A DNA stretch of 64,000 nucleotides, taken from the NCBI GenBank assembly GCA_964465375.1, contig CAYXIJ010000001.1, positions 60,060 through 124,059 on the forward strand, given 5' to 3'. This document shows, piece after piece, positions 37,840 through 46,873 of the stretch; within the stretch, counting starts at the first letter, position 1; each line of letters starts with the position of its first letter. The notes beneath the pieces were generated by a model that was not told the origin of the DNA, ran no database searches, and saw only the letters and a list, made by a program, of their open reading frames with translations. A program made the position numbers and the translations under genes. Source of the DNA: an uncultured Gammaproteobacteria bacterium (lineage in GTDB: Bacteria; Pseudomonadota; Gammaproteobacteria; Steroidobacterales; Rariloculaceae).

Positions 37840-38851
37840 CTGTATGATCCTCAATCTCAAACTCGGGCACGTCTTCTGGAACGACGGCCCTACTAGTATC
37901 ATCAAAATTCACTACCGGGCGTTGGCATCTTTCGTTGAAAAGTAGGCGCGTCACATCAGGTCGAGAATAATGTCCAGCTGGGTCTGCTGCTGCCTTTGCA
38001 AAGGCGATCATACTCAAATCAATATCAGCCACCACGAGACCTTCTTCAGTGTGAGGTAGATCCGATCCGATAGACTGGCCATCCGGCGCATAAATCCGAG
38101 TGTAGCCACCGCCAATAGGACACAATGCCTCTTTCTCTGGGTCGCCCTGACATAGCATGTCCTGTTGTTCCTTGCTGACTAGCGCGCAAGCCGCCACTAC
38201 AAAGCAACTTCCTTCTACTGCGTAAATCATGCTCGCACCATTATTCACTTGATAGCCAAGTGCATAGGCCCCACCTTCGTAAAGCGCGAGGTTTGGCCAA
38301 GCCGCACAATGGATCTGTTCGTTCTGAGCATACATCGCGTATTTCGACAGGGGCTGCAGATGTTCCCAGCAGCTCAGCTGTCCAATCCGGCCTAATGAAG
38401 TCTCGTTAACGACAATGTCAGAACCATCACCCTCACCAAATACCGTGCGTTCTACATGAGTGGGCTTCAACTTACGGCGACGTTTGATAATGTTGCCACT
38501 CTCATCATAGTGCCACTGCGCAATATAGAGTGAACCACCTTCGCGTTCGCTCAGGCCCATCGAAATCTGAATGTTACTCTTGCGCGCGGCCTCGGCGATA
38601 ACCTTGTCTTCGGCAGACCCAACTTCAACCGAATTCTCAAAATAACGGCCGACGAATTGCATTCCCCATGCTACTGGTCCTAGCCAAATATGATTGGGGT
38701 AACCCGGTAGCCAGGTTTCCGGGAATACGACCAACTTGGCACCAGCAGCAGCAGCCTGTTCAATGTACTTCACTGCTTTTTTGATACCCGCCTGCAGATC
38801 AAGAAAACAGGGTGCAGCCTGTACAGCAGCAACTTTAAACTGTTGTGACAT
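37832..38851 (-). CDS. nitrilase (carbon-nitrogen hydrolase superfamily, branch 1)
   Basis: 339 aa. The Glu-Lys-Cys triad contexts are present: VVFPETWLPGYP, RRRKLKPTHVER, LSCWEHLQP. Confidence 0.88.
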   Translation of the reverse strand: MSQQFKVAAVQAAPCFLDLQAGIKKAVKYIEQAAAAGAKLVVFPETWLPGYPNHIWLGPVAWGMQFVGRYFENSVEVGSAEDKVIAEAARKSNIQISMGLSEREGGSLYIAQWHYDESGNIIKRRRKLKPTHVERTVFGEGDGSDIVVNETSLGRIGQLSCWEHLQPLSKYAMYAQNEQIHCAAWPNLALYEGGAYALGYQVNNGASMIYAVEGSCFVVAACALVSKEQQDMLCQGDPEKEALCPIGGGYTRIYAPDGQSIGSDLPHTEEGLVVADIDLSMIAFAKAAADPAGHYSRPDVTRLLFNERCQRPVVNFDDTSRAVVPEDVPEFEIEDHTDE

Positions 38852-38951
38852 AATTTTTCTTTTCCTTTAAGTAATTTAAATAATATGCAACATACCGCAC
38901 GGCTTTATTAATAACTGCACTGAACGACCGTACCCATTAACTATAAATTAA

Positions 38952-39692
38952 CTACCGTACTTCAAAGATTTTACGGACAGCCTCAAGATCCTCTGGGGTG
39001 TCCACACCCCTAGGTGGCTCCTCTACCGCTTCAGCAATCAAAATGTTGAATCCCAGCCAGAGTGCCCTAAGCTGCTCCAGATTCTCGATTCTCTCTAACT
39101 CACATGACTCAGAAGCAGCAAGCTCCTTAAGAATGCGCACACGGTAAGCATAAAGCCCAATGTGACGTTTCGGCGTGCCCACCATCCCATCCTCGCGAGG
39201 ATACGGTATGGGTGCACGACTGAAATATAAGGCATTATTTTTATTATCTGCAACTACCTTGACCGCATTAGGATCAAGCCATTCCTCCTTCGAAGTAATC
39301 GGGGCAAACAACGTGGAAATGGACACATCGGGTTTAGCGACTAATAACTCAGCTGCCTGGGAAATAACAGCTTGGGGTAACATTGGCTCGTCACCTTGAA
39401 CATTTACCACGATTTGCTCATCAGACCAACCCAGTCGCTGGGCTACCTCAGCTATCCTATCGGTTCCGGTTCTATGGATTCCAGTAAGTTCCACATGCGC
39501 ACCATAACTGGTGCAAACATCCTTTATTCTCGTATCATCGGTAGCAATTATTACCTCGGACGCACCAGCTCGGCAGGCTAATTCATGCACCCACGCGATC
39601 ATAGGGCGGCCACAGATATCTGCCAAAGGTTTGCCGGGCAGTCGGGTTGAAGCATATCTAGCGGGAATGACAATAATGAAATCGGCCGACAT
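38952..39692 (-). CDS. kdsB: 3-deoxy-manno-octulosonate cytidylyltransferase
   Basis: 246 aa: IIVIPARYASTRLPGKPLADICGRPMI. Confidence 0.95.
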   Translation of the reverse strand: MSADFIIVIPARYASTRLPGKPLADICGRPMIAWVHELACRAGASEVIIATDDTRIKDVCTSYGAHVELTGIHRTGTDRIAEVAQRLGWSDEQIVVNVQGDEPMLPQAVISQAAELLVAKPDVSISTLFAPITSKEEWLDPNAVKVVADNKNNALYFSRAPIPYPREDGMVGTPKRHIGLYAYRVRILKELAASESCELERIENLEQLRALWLGFNILIAEAVEEPPRGVDTPEDLEAVRKIFEVR

Positions 39693-39765
39693 AATCAGTA
39701 TTACTCAATTTTGGATTGATATTCCGCCCAATTAACAAACCGTACAAATGGGAGCCAAACTCGGT

Positions 39766-41517
39766 TCATTGTTCCGAGAATTGCATCCGATAAAGGGCCT
39801 TATAGTACCCGTCATAGGCCATCAACTCAGTGTGATTCCCCGTCTCAACTATTTTTCCGTCCCTAAGAACCATAATGCAATCGGCTGTTTCCACGGTGGA
39901 CAGGCGATGGGCGATAACTAACGTTGTGCGCCCCTTCATGAGTTTCCCAAGAGCATACTGAATCCGACGCTCGGATTCAGTGTCAAGTGACGAAGTAGCT
40001 TCATCTAGGATTAGTACCGGCGCATCTTTTAATAAGGCGCGTGCAATGGCTATGCGTTGCCGCTGACCGCCTGACAATAGCAGACCCCGGTCACCAACCT
40101 GAGTTTCCAGGCCGTCTGGTAATTCATTAGTAAACTCCGTTACGTAAGCTGCCTCTGCAGCTTCTTCTAGCTGCTCTCGAGAAGAGCTCGCAAGGGACCC
40201 ATAAGCAATATTGTTAGCGATACTATCGTTAAACAGTATAACGTCTTGACTCACCAAACTAATCTGGCGACGCAAATCTCGTAGCTGATACTGGCGTATA
40301 TCCTCCCCGTCCAACAAAATGCTCCCAGCCTCAACGTCATAGAAGCGCGGCAATAGGCTTACGAGAGTCGATTTACCACTCCCTGAGCGGCCTACAATAG
40401 CCAGACTCCGGCCAGAAGATATCGAAAAAGAAAGATCTTTTAATACCCGGCCTTTGGAGTAATCATAGGTAAAAGAAACTTTCCGAAACTCCAAAACACC
40501 TCGGGCCCGAACAAGAGACTCTTTGCCAGTATCATTTTCAATAGGCTCATCTAAAGTCTCAAATAAACTATGCCCCGCAGCAATCCCACGCTGAAGCACA
40601 ACATTGATATTAATCAACCGCTTTAGTGGAGCTAGCAACATCCCCATGGCAGTGAGAAATGCCATGAATAGTGCTGCATTTAATGACTGTAGCATTTCTT
40701 CCGAAAAAGCAATCCAAATGATTGCTGCGACACCTAACGCAAGAACGTATTGGGTGAGCGAATCCCCAACAGCACGTGTCGCGATTAACTTGAGATTTAG
40801 GCCAAAGTTACGCTTATTCACTTCATCAAATTGACGCTGCTCATATAACTGGCCTTCAAATATTTTTACAATGTGTTGGCCTCGCAAAGCCTCTTCCGTC
40901 ACGCGCGTCGCATCGCCCATAGATGCTTGAATACGAATACTATATCGCCTGAATGCCCTGCTCATCAGAAGAACCAGAAATGCAACAACGGGGGCTACAA
41001 TAAATACTAGCAGAGATAGCGATGGGCTCAGGTACACCATAACGCCTATTAATACAAGAATAGTAATACTGTCTCTAAAAACCGTGACAATTACGCTCGA
41101 TAAGGCCTCGGCGAGTTGCTCCGTGTTATAGGTCAATTTAGAGATTAATTCGCCTGACGAAATACGATCAAAAAACTGTGCCGGAAGTTCTGTGTAGTGT
41201 CTAAATATTTCTGAGCGCACCTCCCGCACTACCGAGCGGCCTACCCAGCTAAGACCAAATACAGCAACAAAATCTGTTGTGCCACGCACAAGAAAGGCAC
41301 CTGCCAGCATTAACGGCACAATAACTCTTGAGCCACTCCTCCCTGATTCCTCGAGCGTTCCAATGACCTCTCTCATAATTAAGGGAACGCATGCGTTTGC
41401 CGCAGAATAAATCAACATGGAAACTACTGCTGCTGCTATAACTGGTACGTAAGGACTAACATAGCGCAAAAGTCTTCTGTAAATTGCAATGAGCTGAGAA
41501 TCTAACCAAAAAGACAT
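39766..41517 (-). CDS. msbA: lipid A export ABC transporter permease/ATPase MsbA
   Basis: 583 aa with 6 TM segments plus an NBD (Walker A GRSGSGKST, signature LSGGQRQR, Walker B LILDEATS). Confidence 0.9.
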   Translation of the reverse strand: MSFWLDSQLIAIYRRLLRYVSPYVPVIAAAVVSMLIYSAANACVPLIMREVIGTLEESGRSGSRVIVPLMLAGAFLVRGTTDFVAVFGLSWVGRSVVREVRSEIFRHYTELPAQFFDRISSGELISKLTYNTEQLAEALSSVIVTVFRDSITILVLIGVMVYLSPSLSLLVFIVAPVVAFLVLLMSRAFRRYSIRIQASMGDATRVTEEALRGQHIVKIFEGQLYEQRQFDEVNKRNFGLNLKLIATRAVGDSLTQYVLALGVAAIIWIAFSEEMLQSLNAALFMAFLTAMGMLLAPLKRLININVVLQRGIAAGHSLFETLDEPIENDTGKESLVRARGVLEFRKVSFTYDYSKGRVLKDLSFSISSGRSLAIVGRSGSGKSTLVSLLPRFYDVEAGSILLDGEDIRQYQLRDLRRQISLVSQDVILFNDSIANNIAYGSLASSSREQLEEAAEAAYVTEFTNELPDGLETQVGDRGLLLSGGQRQRIAIARALLKDAPVLILDEATSSLDTESERRIQYALGKLMKGRTTLVIAHRLSTVETADCIMVLRDGKIVETGNHTELMAYDGYYKALYRMQFSEQ

Positions 41518-41522
41518 AAAAC

Positions 41523-41945
41523 TTAAGGCCCCGGAACAATTATCGTACTGATGTTAATTTCTGTAAATCCCAACTGCCCCACCACATCCATTGCGGTAAC
41601 CACAGATTGATGTTTTGTATCAGCATCCGCTTTGATGGACACTGGCCCTTCAGTTACTTTGATATCCAACCTATCAATTGCTGCGCGTAAAGTATCTTTT
41701 TGGTTATTTAGAAGTAGATCTCCATTGATTAAATAGTCACCTTCACTAGTAACAATTATTTCAAGAGTATTAGCCAAAATATCTGATTCCACAGCATTAT
41801 CAACCTGAGGAAGACGCAAGAGAATTTCAGTCTCCCGGACAAAATTGGTCGATACCATAAAAAATACCAAAAGTAACAACACAACATCGATCAGAGATGT
41901 CAGATTGACTTCAGGATCTTCTTTTAGACGGTTCTGAAAATTCAC
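41523..41945 (-). CDS. exbD: ExbD/TolR family biopolymer transport protein
   Basis: 140 aa: EVNLTSLIDVVLLLLVFFMV followed by a periplasmic domain. Confidence 0.88.
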   Translation of the reverse strand: MNFQNRLKEDPEVNLTSLIDVVLLLLVFFMVSTNFVRETEILLRLPQVDNAVESDILANTLEIIVTSEGDYLINGDLLLNNQKDTLRAAIDRLDIKVTEGPVSIKADADTKHQSVVTAMDVVGQLGFTEINISTIIVPGP

Positions 41946-42567
41946 TATCTAAGTTATCCTTACTCTGGTGGTGTGATAATGCCTCTAGAAATTTCATTAC
42001 TTCTTTTTCCATCCGTATAACCAGACTATCTACGCGTCCACGAAGATAGCGGTACCCAATCAAAGAAGGGATGGCAACACACAGGCCTGCCGCTGTTGTA
42101 ACCAAAGCTTCTGAGATTCCACCCGCCAGAACCGCAGGGTCTCCAACCCCGCGGGTCGTAATGGCAGCAAATACTTTAACCATACCTATCACAGTACCCA
42201 GAAGGCCGAGTAATGGCGAGATAGCTGCAATAGTTCCCAGCAAGTTTAGGTAACGCTCAAGCTCATGAACTACGTGTCGACCCCTGTCCTCTATTGTGTC
42301 CTTGATCGTATCCCGAGCGGCGGAACGCTTTTCGAGTCCAGCCGCTAAAATCTGACCGAGTGGAGAGCCCTGATGAAGAATTTGAATATGCCCGCGGCTA
42401 AGCTGGCCCTGCCGTACCCACTGCCACGCCTGAGACGTAAGATTCGTTGGGGCGACCCGTTTCGGCTGCAAAGTCCAAAGTCTTTCTAAAATTATGGCAG
42501 CAGCCAGAATGGAGCACGCGATTATGGGCAGCATCAACCAACCACCCGTCTGCGCAATCTCAAGCAT
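41911..42567 (-). CDS. exbB: MotA/TolQ/ExbB proton-channel family protein
   Basis: 218 aa with 3 TM segments and LLGLLGTVIGM...ALVTTAAGL. Confidence 0.88.
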   Translation of the reverse strand: MLEIAQTGGWLMLPIIACSILAAAIILERLWTLQPKRVAPTNLTSQAWQWVRQGQLSRGHIQILHQGSPLGQILAAGLEKRSAARDTIKDTIEDRGRHVVHELERYLNLLGTIAAISPLLGLLGTVIGMVKVFAAITTRGVGDPAVLAGGISEALVTTAAGLCVAIPSLIGYRYLRGRVDSLVIRMEKEVMKFLEALSHHQSKDNLDSEFSEPSKRRS

Positions 42568-42778
42568 TAAAAATCCATAAACCGAGATAGTTAGCTAAAC
42601 TATAACGTGCTACCACTGAGTACTAAAAGGGGTAAAGGGACTAGGTTATATAAAATTGTCATAAAAAATTGATTTTAATAGGAAAAATTCAAAAAAAGTA
42701 CCGGCCAATTAGGGGGCATAGGCACAATCTTTGAGTTATTGGCGTTGCTCATCACCAAATCCCAAGGTGCGAAGATAA

Positions 42779-43462
42779 CTAAGAAGTAGGCTTGAGCAAA
42801 CCATCCTCGAGTTTCAAAGTTCGATCCATTCTTGCTGCTAAGGCTGAATCATGGGTTACAACTACCAAACTAGTACCCAAGTCTGAATTGAGCTCTAGCA
42901 TTAGATCAAAGAGGCGAACGCCTGTTGGTCGATCCAAGTTGCCAGTAGGCTCATCTGCTAATACGATGGATGGGCCTGTAATTAAGGCTCTTGCTACAGC
43001 CACGCGTTGTCGCTCTCCACCCGAAAGCTTTGATGGGCGATGATGCAACCGCTCCAAAAGTCCAATCCGCACTAAAAGTTTCTCAGCTTTTCCCATCGCT
43101 TCTGTCGGTCCCACGCCGCGTATCAACAAAGGCATCGCTACATTTTCTAACGCAGAAAACTCAGGTAACAAGTAATGAAACTGATAAACAAAACCCAGCT
43201 TTTGGTTTCTTAACTTCCCTCGTTCGCTGTCACTCAATGCACCTATAGACTGGCTACAAACCATTACTTCTCCAGCAGTAGGCTGATCAAGCCCACCAAG
43301 CAACTGTAAAAGTGTTGTCTTGCCTGAACCCGACGCGCCAATGATCGCAAGTCTGTCCTTTTTTGTAACAGTCAATTCAACGCCACGTAAAACTTCCAGT
43401 GTCCTGCCTCCCTCCTGGAAGACCTTTGTTAAGCCACGCGCTTCGAGTACAGACTTAGTCAT
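42779..43462 (-). CDS. lolD: lipoprotein-releasing system ATP-binding protein LolD
   Basis: 227 aa with Walker A GASGSGKTT, LSGGERQR and VLADEPTGNLD. Confidence 0.92.
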   Translation of the reverse strand: MTKSVLEARGLTKVFQEGGRTLEVLRGVELTVTKKDRLAIIGASGSGKTTLLQLLGGLDQPTAGEVMVCSQSIGALSDSERGKLRNQKLGFVYQFHYLLPEFSALENVAMPLLIRGVGPTEAMGKAEKLLVRIGLLERLHHRPSKLSGGERQRVAVARALITGPSIVLADEPTGNLDRPTGVRLFDLMLELNSDLGTSLVVVTHDSALAARMDRTLKLEDGLLKPTS

Positions 43463-44702
43463 AACGTAATACTTCGCTAGGTTGTTGTCGTGCCGCAGTA
43501 ATTGCAGGATATATAGTCGCTAAAATAGCAAGAATAAATGCGATCAGACAAATCCCGAATACCTCTTTTATTCGAATTTGAGTAGGCAAATCACCGATGA
43601 GGTAAACCTCAGCGGACAATAAATCAATACCAAACCAACCTTCCATTACACTAACCAGTACCTCAACCTGACCAGCAACAAAAAGACCAAGAACTAAACC
43701 CAACCCGGCGCCCACCAATCCGATGAACGCGCCTTGGCTTGCAAATATCATCATAATACTCAAAGATCTTGCACCCATGCTTCGCAGAATTGCTACATCG
43801 CCGCGCTTATCCCTAACCACCATCACCAGTGTTGAAACAATATTAAAAGTTGCCACTAAAATCACTAGAGATAGGAGTACAAACATAATGTTCTTAGTGA
43901 GCTGGATGGATCTAAAAAAATTGCTGTATTGCCGAGTCCAATCAGTTACATAAACATCCCCCCCAGTCTCTACCGCAAATTCCCGAACAATTTGGCTTGC
44001 AAAATAAATGTCTTTCACTGCTAACCGCAATCCAGTTGCCCTTCCTCCGGTACGAAAAAGTTTTGTGGCATCCTCCATGCTAATAAACGCTAATCCCCTA
44101 TCGTATTCGTAAATGCCCGCCTCAAAAATATCCCCCACAGTGAAAGTGCGCATTCTGGGCAGAATTCCAATCGGTGTAACTGTCGCTTGAGCTATAAGTA
44201 GCACTACAGGATCTCCAATCCCAACATTCAACGAGTCTGCCAGACTGCTGCCGATCAGAATTCGATAACTCTCACTGCGAAGCACCTCAAGATCGCCCGC
44301 ACGGAGTAATCCCTCTATGCTGGACACTTGGGACTCAAGCGCTATATCTATTCCTCGAACATTAATGCCGGCAATTGACTCACCTGCTACTAACATCCCC
44401 TGCCCCTCCACAAACGGGGCAGCTGCAGATATATCATTTCGGGCAATAGCTTGCTCTCTTAAATCTTCCCAATCTTTCAGAGGCTCATCGATCCCAAAAA
44501 CCGACGCATGTGAAACCACCCCAAGAATTCTCCGCTGCAATTCGCTCTCGAAACCATTCATTACCGACAAAACTACTATCAATACTGCAACAGCTAAACC
44601 GACCCCAGCTATTGAAGCCACAGAAATAAGAGAAATAAAACCGTTTCGATTACTTGAACGCAAGTAACGAGCTGCCAGTGCAATTTCGTATGGTTGTTTC
44701 AT
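43455..44702 (-). CDS. lolE: lipoprotein-releasing system permease (LolE-like)
   Basis: 415 aa with MacB/FtsX topology. It is a paralog of the upstream gene. The C versus E assignment is by position only. Confidence 0.75.
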   Translation of the reverse strand: MKQPYEIALAARYLRSSNRNGFISLISVASIAGVGLAVAVLIVVLSVMNGFESELQRRILGVVSHASVFGIDEPLKDWEDLREQAIARNDISAAAPFVEGQGMLVAGESIAGINVRGIDIALESQVSSIEGLLRAGDLEVLRSESYRILIGSSLADSLNVGIGDPVVLLIAQATVTPIGILPRMRTFTVGDIFEAGIYEYDRGLAFISMEDATKLFRTGGRATGLRLAVKDIYFASQIVREFAVETGGDVYVTDWTRQYSNFFRSIQLTKNIMFVLLSLVILVATFNIVSTLVMVVRDKRGDVAILRSMGARSLSIMMIFASQGAFIGLVGAGLGLVLGLFVAGQVEVLVSVMEGWFGIDLLSAEVYLIGDLPTQIRIKEVFGICLIAFILAILATIYPAITAARQQPSEVLRYD

Positions 44703-44705
44703 GTT

Positions 44706-45947
44706 TCACTCATAACGTAACGCCTCAGCAGGTTCCACTTGGGCCGCACGACGTGCAGGGTAAATAGTGGCTAACAGTGCTATAAAAAGTGCTGCCAACG
44801 GAATTAAAACAACATCTCTCAAATGTATCTCAGAGGGAATATCACTAACGTAATAGACGTCGCTCGGCATAATCTTGAAGTTAAGTGTTTGCTCAAACCA
44901 AGGAACGATAATTTCCACATTAAGCGCCAACATAACACCCAATATCAGTCCAACAGTAGTGCCGATCACCGCAATCAAGGAACCCTGGACCAAAAAAATT
45001 CTCCCAACCTGTTTCGGCTCAAGTCCATAGGTGCGTAAAATCGCAATATCCTTCTCTTTTTCCGTGACTACCATCATCAATGAAGCGACAATATTAAATG
45101 CCGCAACTGCAACGATAAGCATTAATATCAATGTCATCATTATCTTTTCTGTTCGGATAGCACGGAAATAATTAGTATTCTCAAGAGTCCAATCAGAATA
45201 AATAACCCCCTCATTGGCAACTATTTCCCTGAACCCCTCGAGTCGTGCCACAGTAAGTGGATCTCGAACCCGTATCGCTAGACCTTCCGCCTGGTTCGAT
45301 AACCCCTTAAGTTGACTAACCTCAGCAAGATGAGCGAAAGCAAGATTCGCGTCGTGATCTTGGATACCTGCTTCAAATATGCCACCTACGATAAAACGGT
45401 AAAGCTTGGGCCTGAGACGTCCCTCCTCTATTTGCGGCACCAGTAAATTAACTTGGTCCCCAAACCTAACACCCAAATTGAGCGCTAAAATGCGGCCGAG
45501 AATAATCTGGTAGGAGTCTGGCTCAAGATTTCTAAGGGTTCCTATCTGCATAAAACGATCAGGATTAGAAGCAATTAACTCCTCATCTGGCAAAACCCCA
45601 CGAACAACAACTGGACTCAGATTGGCTTCAGACCCGAGCATCCCCTCCAGTTGAGTGAAAGGGGTAGCGCTGACTACCTCGGCACCGACCAATACTTCTG
45701 CCTGAAGTTCATCCCAGCTAGATAATCCATCTTTATTATTGACCAGACTGGCATGGGCAGTCATGCTGAGCAAACGGCTCCTAAGTTCTGCCTCAAATCC
45801 ATTCATTACCGAAAGGATAATGATTAATGCCGCTACTCCTAATGCAATCCCCGCCAAAGATGCCAGACTAATAAAGGAAATAAAGCCACGACGCTTGTGC
45901 GTCCGCAGGTAACGCAGGCCAATAAGCCAAGGTAATGAATGAGGCAT
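44706..45947 (-). CDS. lolC: lipoprotein-releasing system permease (LolC-like)
   Basis: 413 aa with MacB/FtsX topology. It is the first gene of the lol operon. Confidence 0.75.
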   Translation of the reverse strand: MPHSLPWLIGLRYLRTHKRRGFISFISLASLAGIALGVAALIIILSVMNGFEAELRSRLLSMTAHASLVNNKDGLSSWDELQAEVLVGAEVVSATPFTQLEGMLGSEANLSPVVVRGVLPDEELIASNPDRFMQIGTLRNLEPDSYQIILGRILALNLGVRFGDQVNLLVPQIEEGRLRPKLYRFIVGGIFEAGIQDHDANLAFAHLAEVSQLKGLSNQAEGLAIRVRDPLTVARLEGFREIVANEGVIYSDWTLENTNYFRAIRTEKIMMTLILMLIVAVAAFNIVASLMMVVTEKEKDIAILRTYGLEPKQVGRIFLVQGSLIAVIGTTVGLILGVMLALNVEIIVPWFEQTLNFKIMPSDVYYVSDIPSEIHLRDVVLIPLAALFIALLATIYPARRAAQVEPAEALRYE

Positions 45948-45975
45948 AGAAATAGATTAAAGCATATCCGCCTAG

Positions 45976-46695
45976 CTAGTCGTTACCCAAAGAGACCTGG
46001 ATTTCGGTACTCAGTCTAATACTGTGTGGTGACATATCGGCCCGATAGGCGAAAATCTCAACACCGGCCATAAACGCCATCCTGAGAGCATGGCAATAAG
46101 CTGGATCAATTTCATCAGCTGGACGCACCTCATCTACATCTGCACGCTGAACACAATAAACCAATGCCGCTCTATAGCCTTGCTCTACTAAAACAGCTAA
46201 TTCTTCCAGATGGCGCGCGGCCCGAATGCTAACGGCATCTGGGAAAAATGCCCAGCCTCCCTCAGCTGCCGCTGTGACATTTTTTACCTCTAAGTAACAA
46301 TCTGGGGCTGTTGGGTGTTCTTGCAAGAGAAAATCAAGCCTTGTCCCCTTGTCAATCAGACTCACCTCACGCTTAAAACTCTCATATCCATCTAGAGAGC
46401 CAATCAATTTTTGATCCAAAGCTTCCGCTACCAGATGGTTACTGCGATGAGTATTGATGCCTACTATAACGCCAGAACTAACCTCTACCATCTCCCAACT
46501 CAGAGGATATTTGCGGGTGGAATTTTCCACTTGCATTAACCACACGCGTGAACCTGGCTCTTGGCAACCAAACATGGAACCGGTGTTCGGGCAATGCACG
46601 GTAGTTTGCTCCCCGCCTTTAAGCACCACATCAGCCAAAAAACGCTTATATCGGCGAACCAGTTTGGCCTCGACAAGAGGGGGCTCGAATTCCAT
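45976..46695 (-). CDS. sfsA: sugar fermentation stimulation protein A (SfsA nuclease-fold family)
   Basis: 239 aa: LVRRYKRFLADV...VHCPNTGSM...RLDFLL. Confidence 0.88.
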   Translation of the reverse strand: MEFEPPLVEAKLVRRYKRFLADVVLKGGEQTTVHCPNTGSMFGCQEPGSRVWLMQVENSTRKYPLSWEMVEVSSGVIVGINTHRSNHLVAEALDQKLIGSLDGYESFKREVSLIDKGTRLDFLLQEHPTAPDCYLEVKNVTAAAEGGWAFFPDAVSIRAARHLEELAVLVEQGYRAALVYCVQRADVDEVRPADEIDPAYCHALRMAFMAGVEIFAYRADMSPHSIRLSTEIQVSLGND

Positions 46696-46873
46696 TTGGT
46701 TTAATTGGCTCTACCTAGATCCGTGATCCAGTTTTATGGTGATCAAAAAATTTGCTTACCCTAAGGTCTTTCTCTGCCGAGTATAATCCGTTTTCTGTAC
46801 TCTCAGAACATACATCCCCAGAAACATGTCTACACACTTCCCAGTCTGGCCTATGGGATAATTCGTCTCTTTT

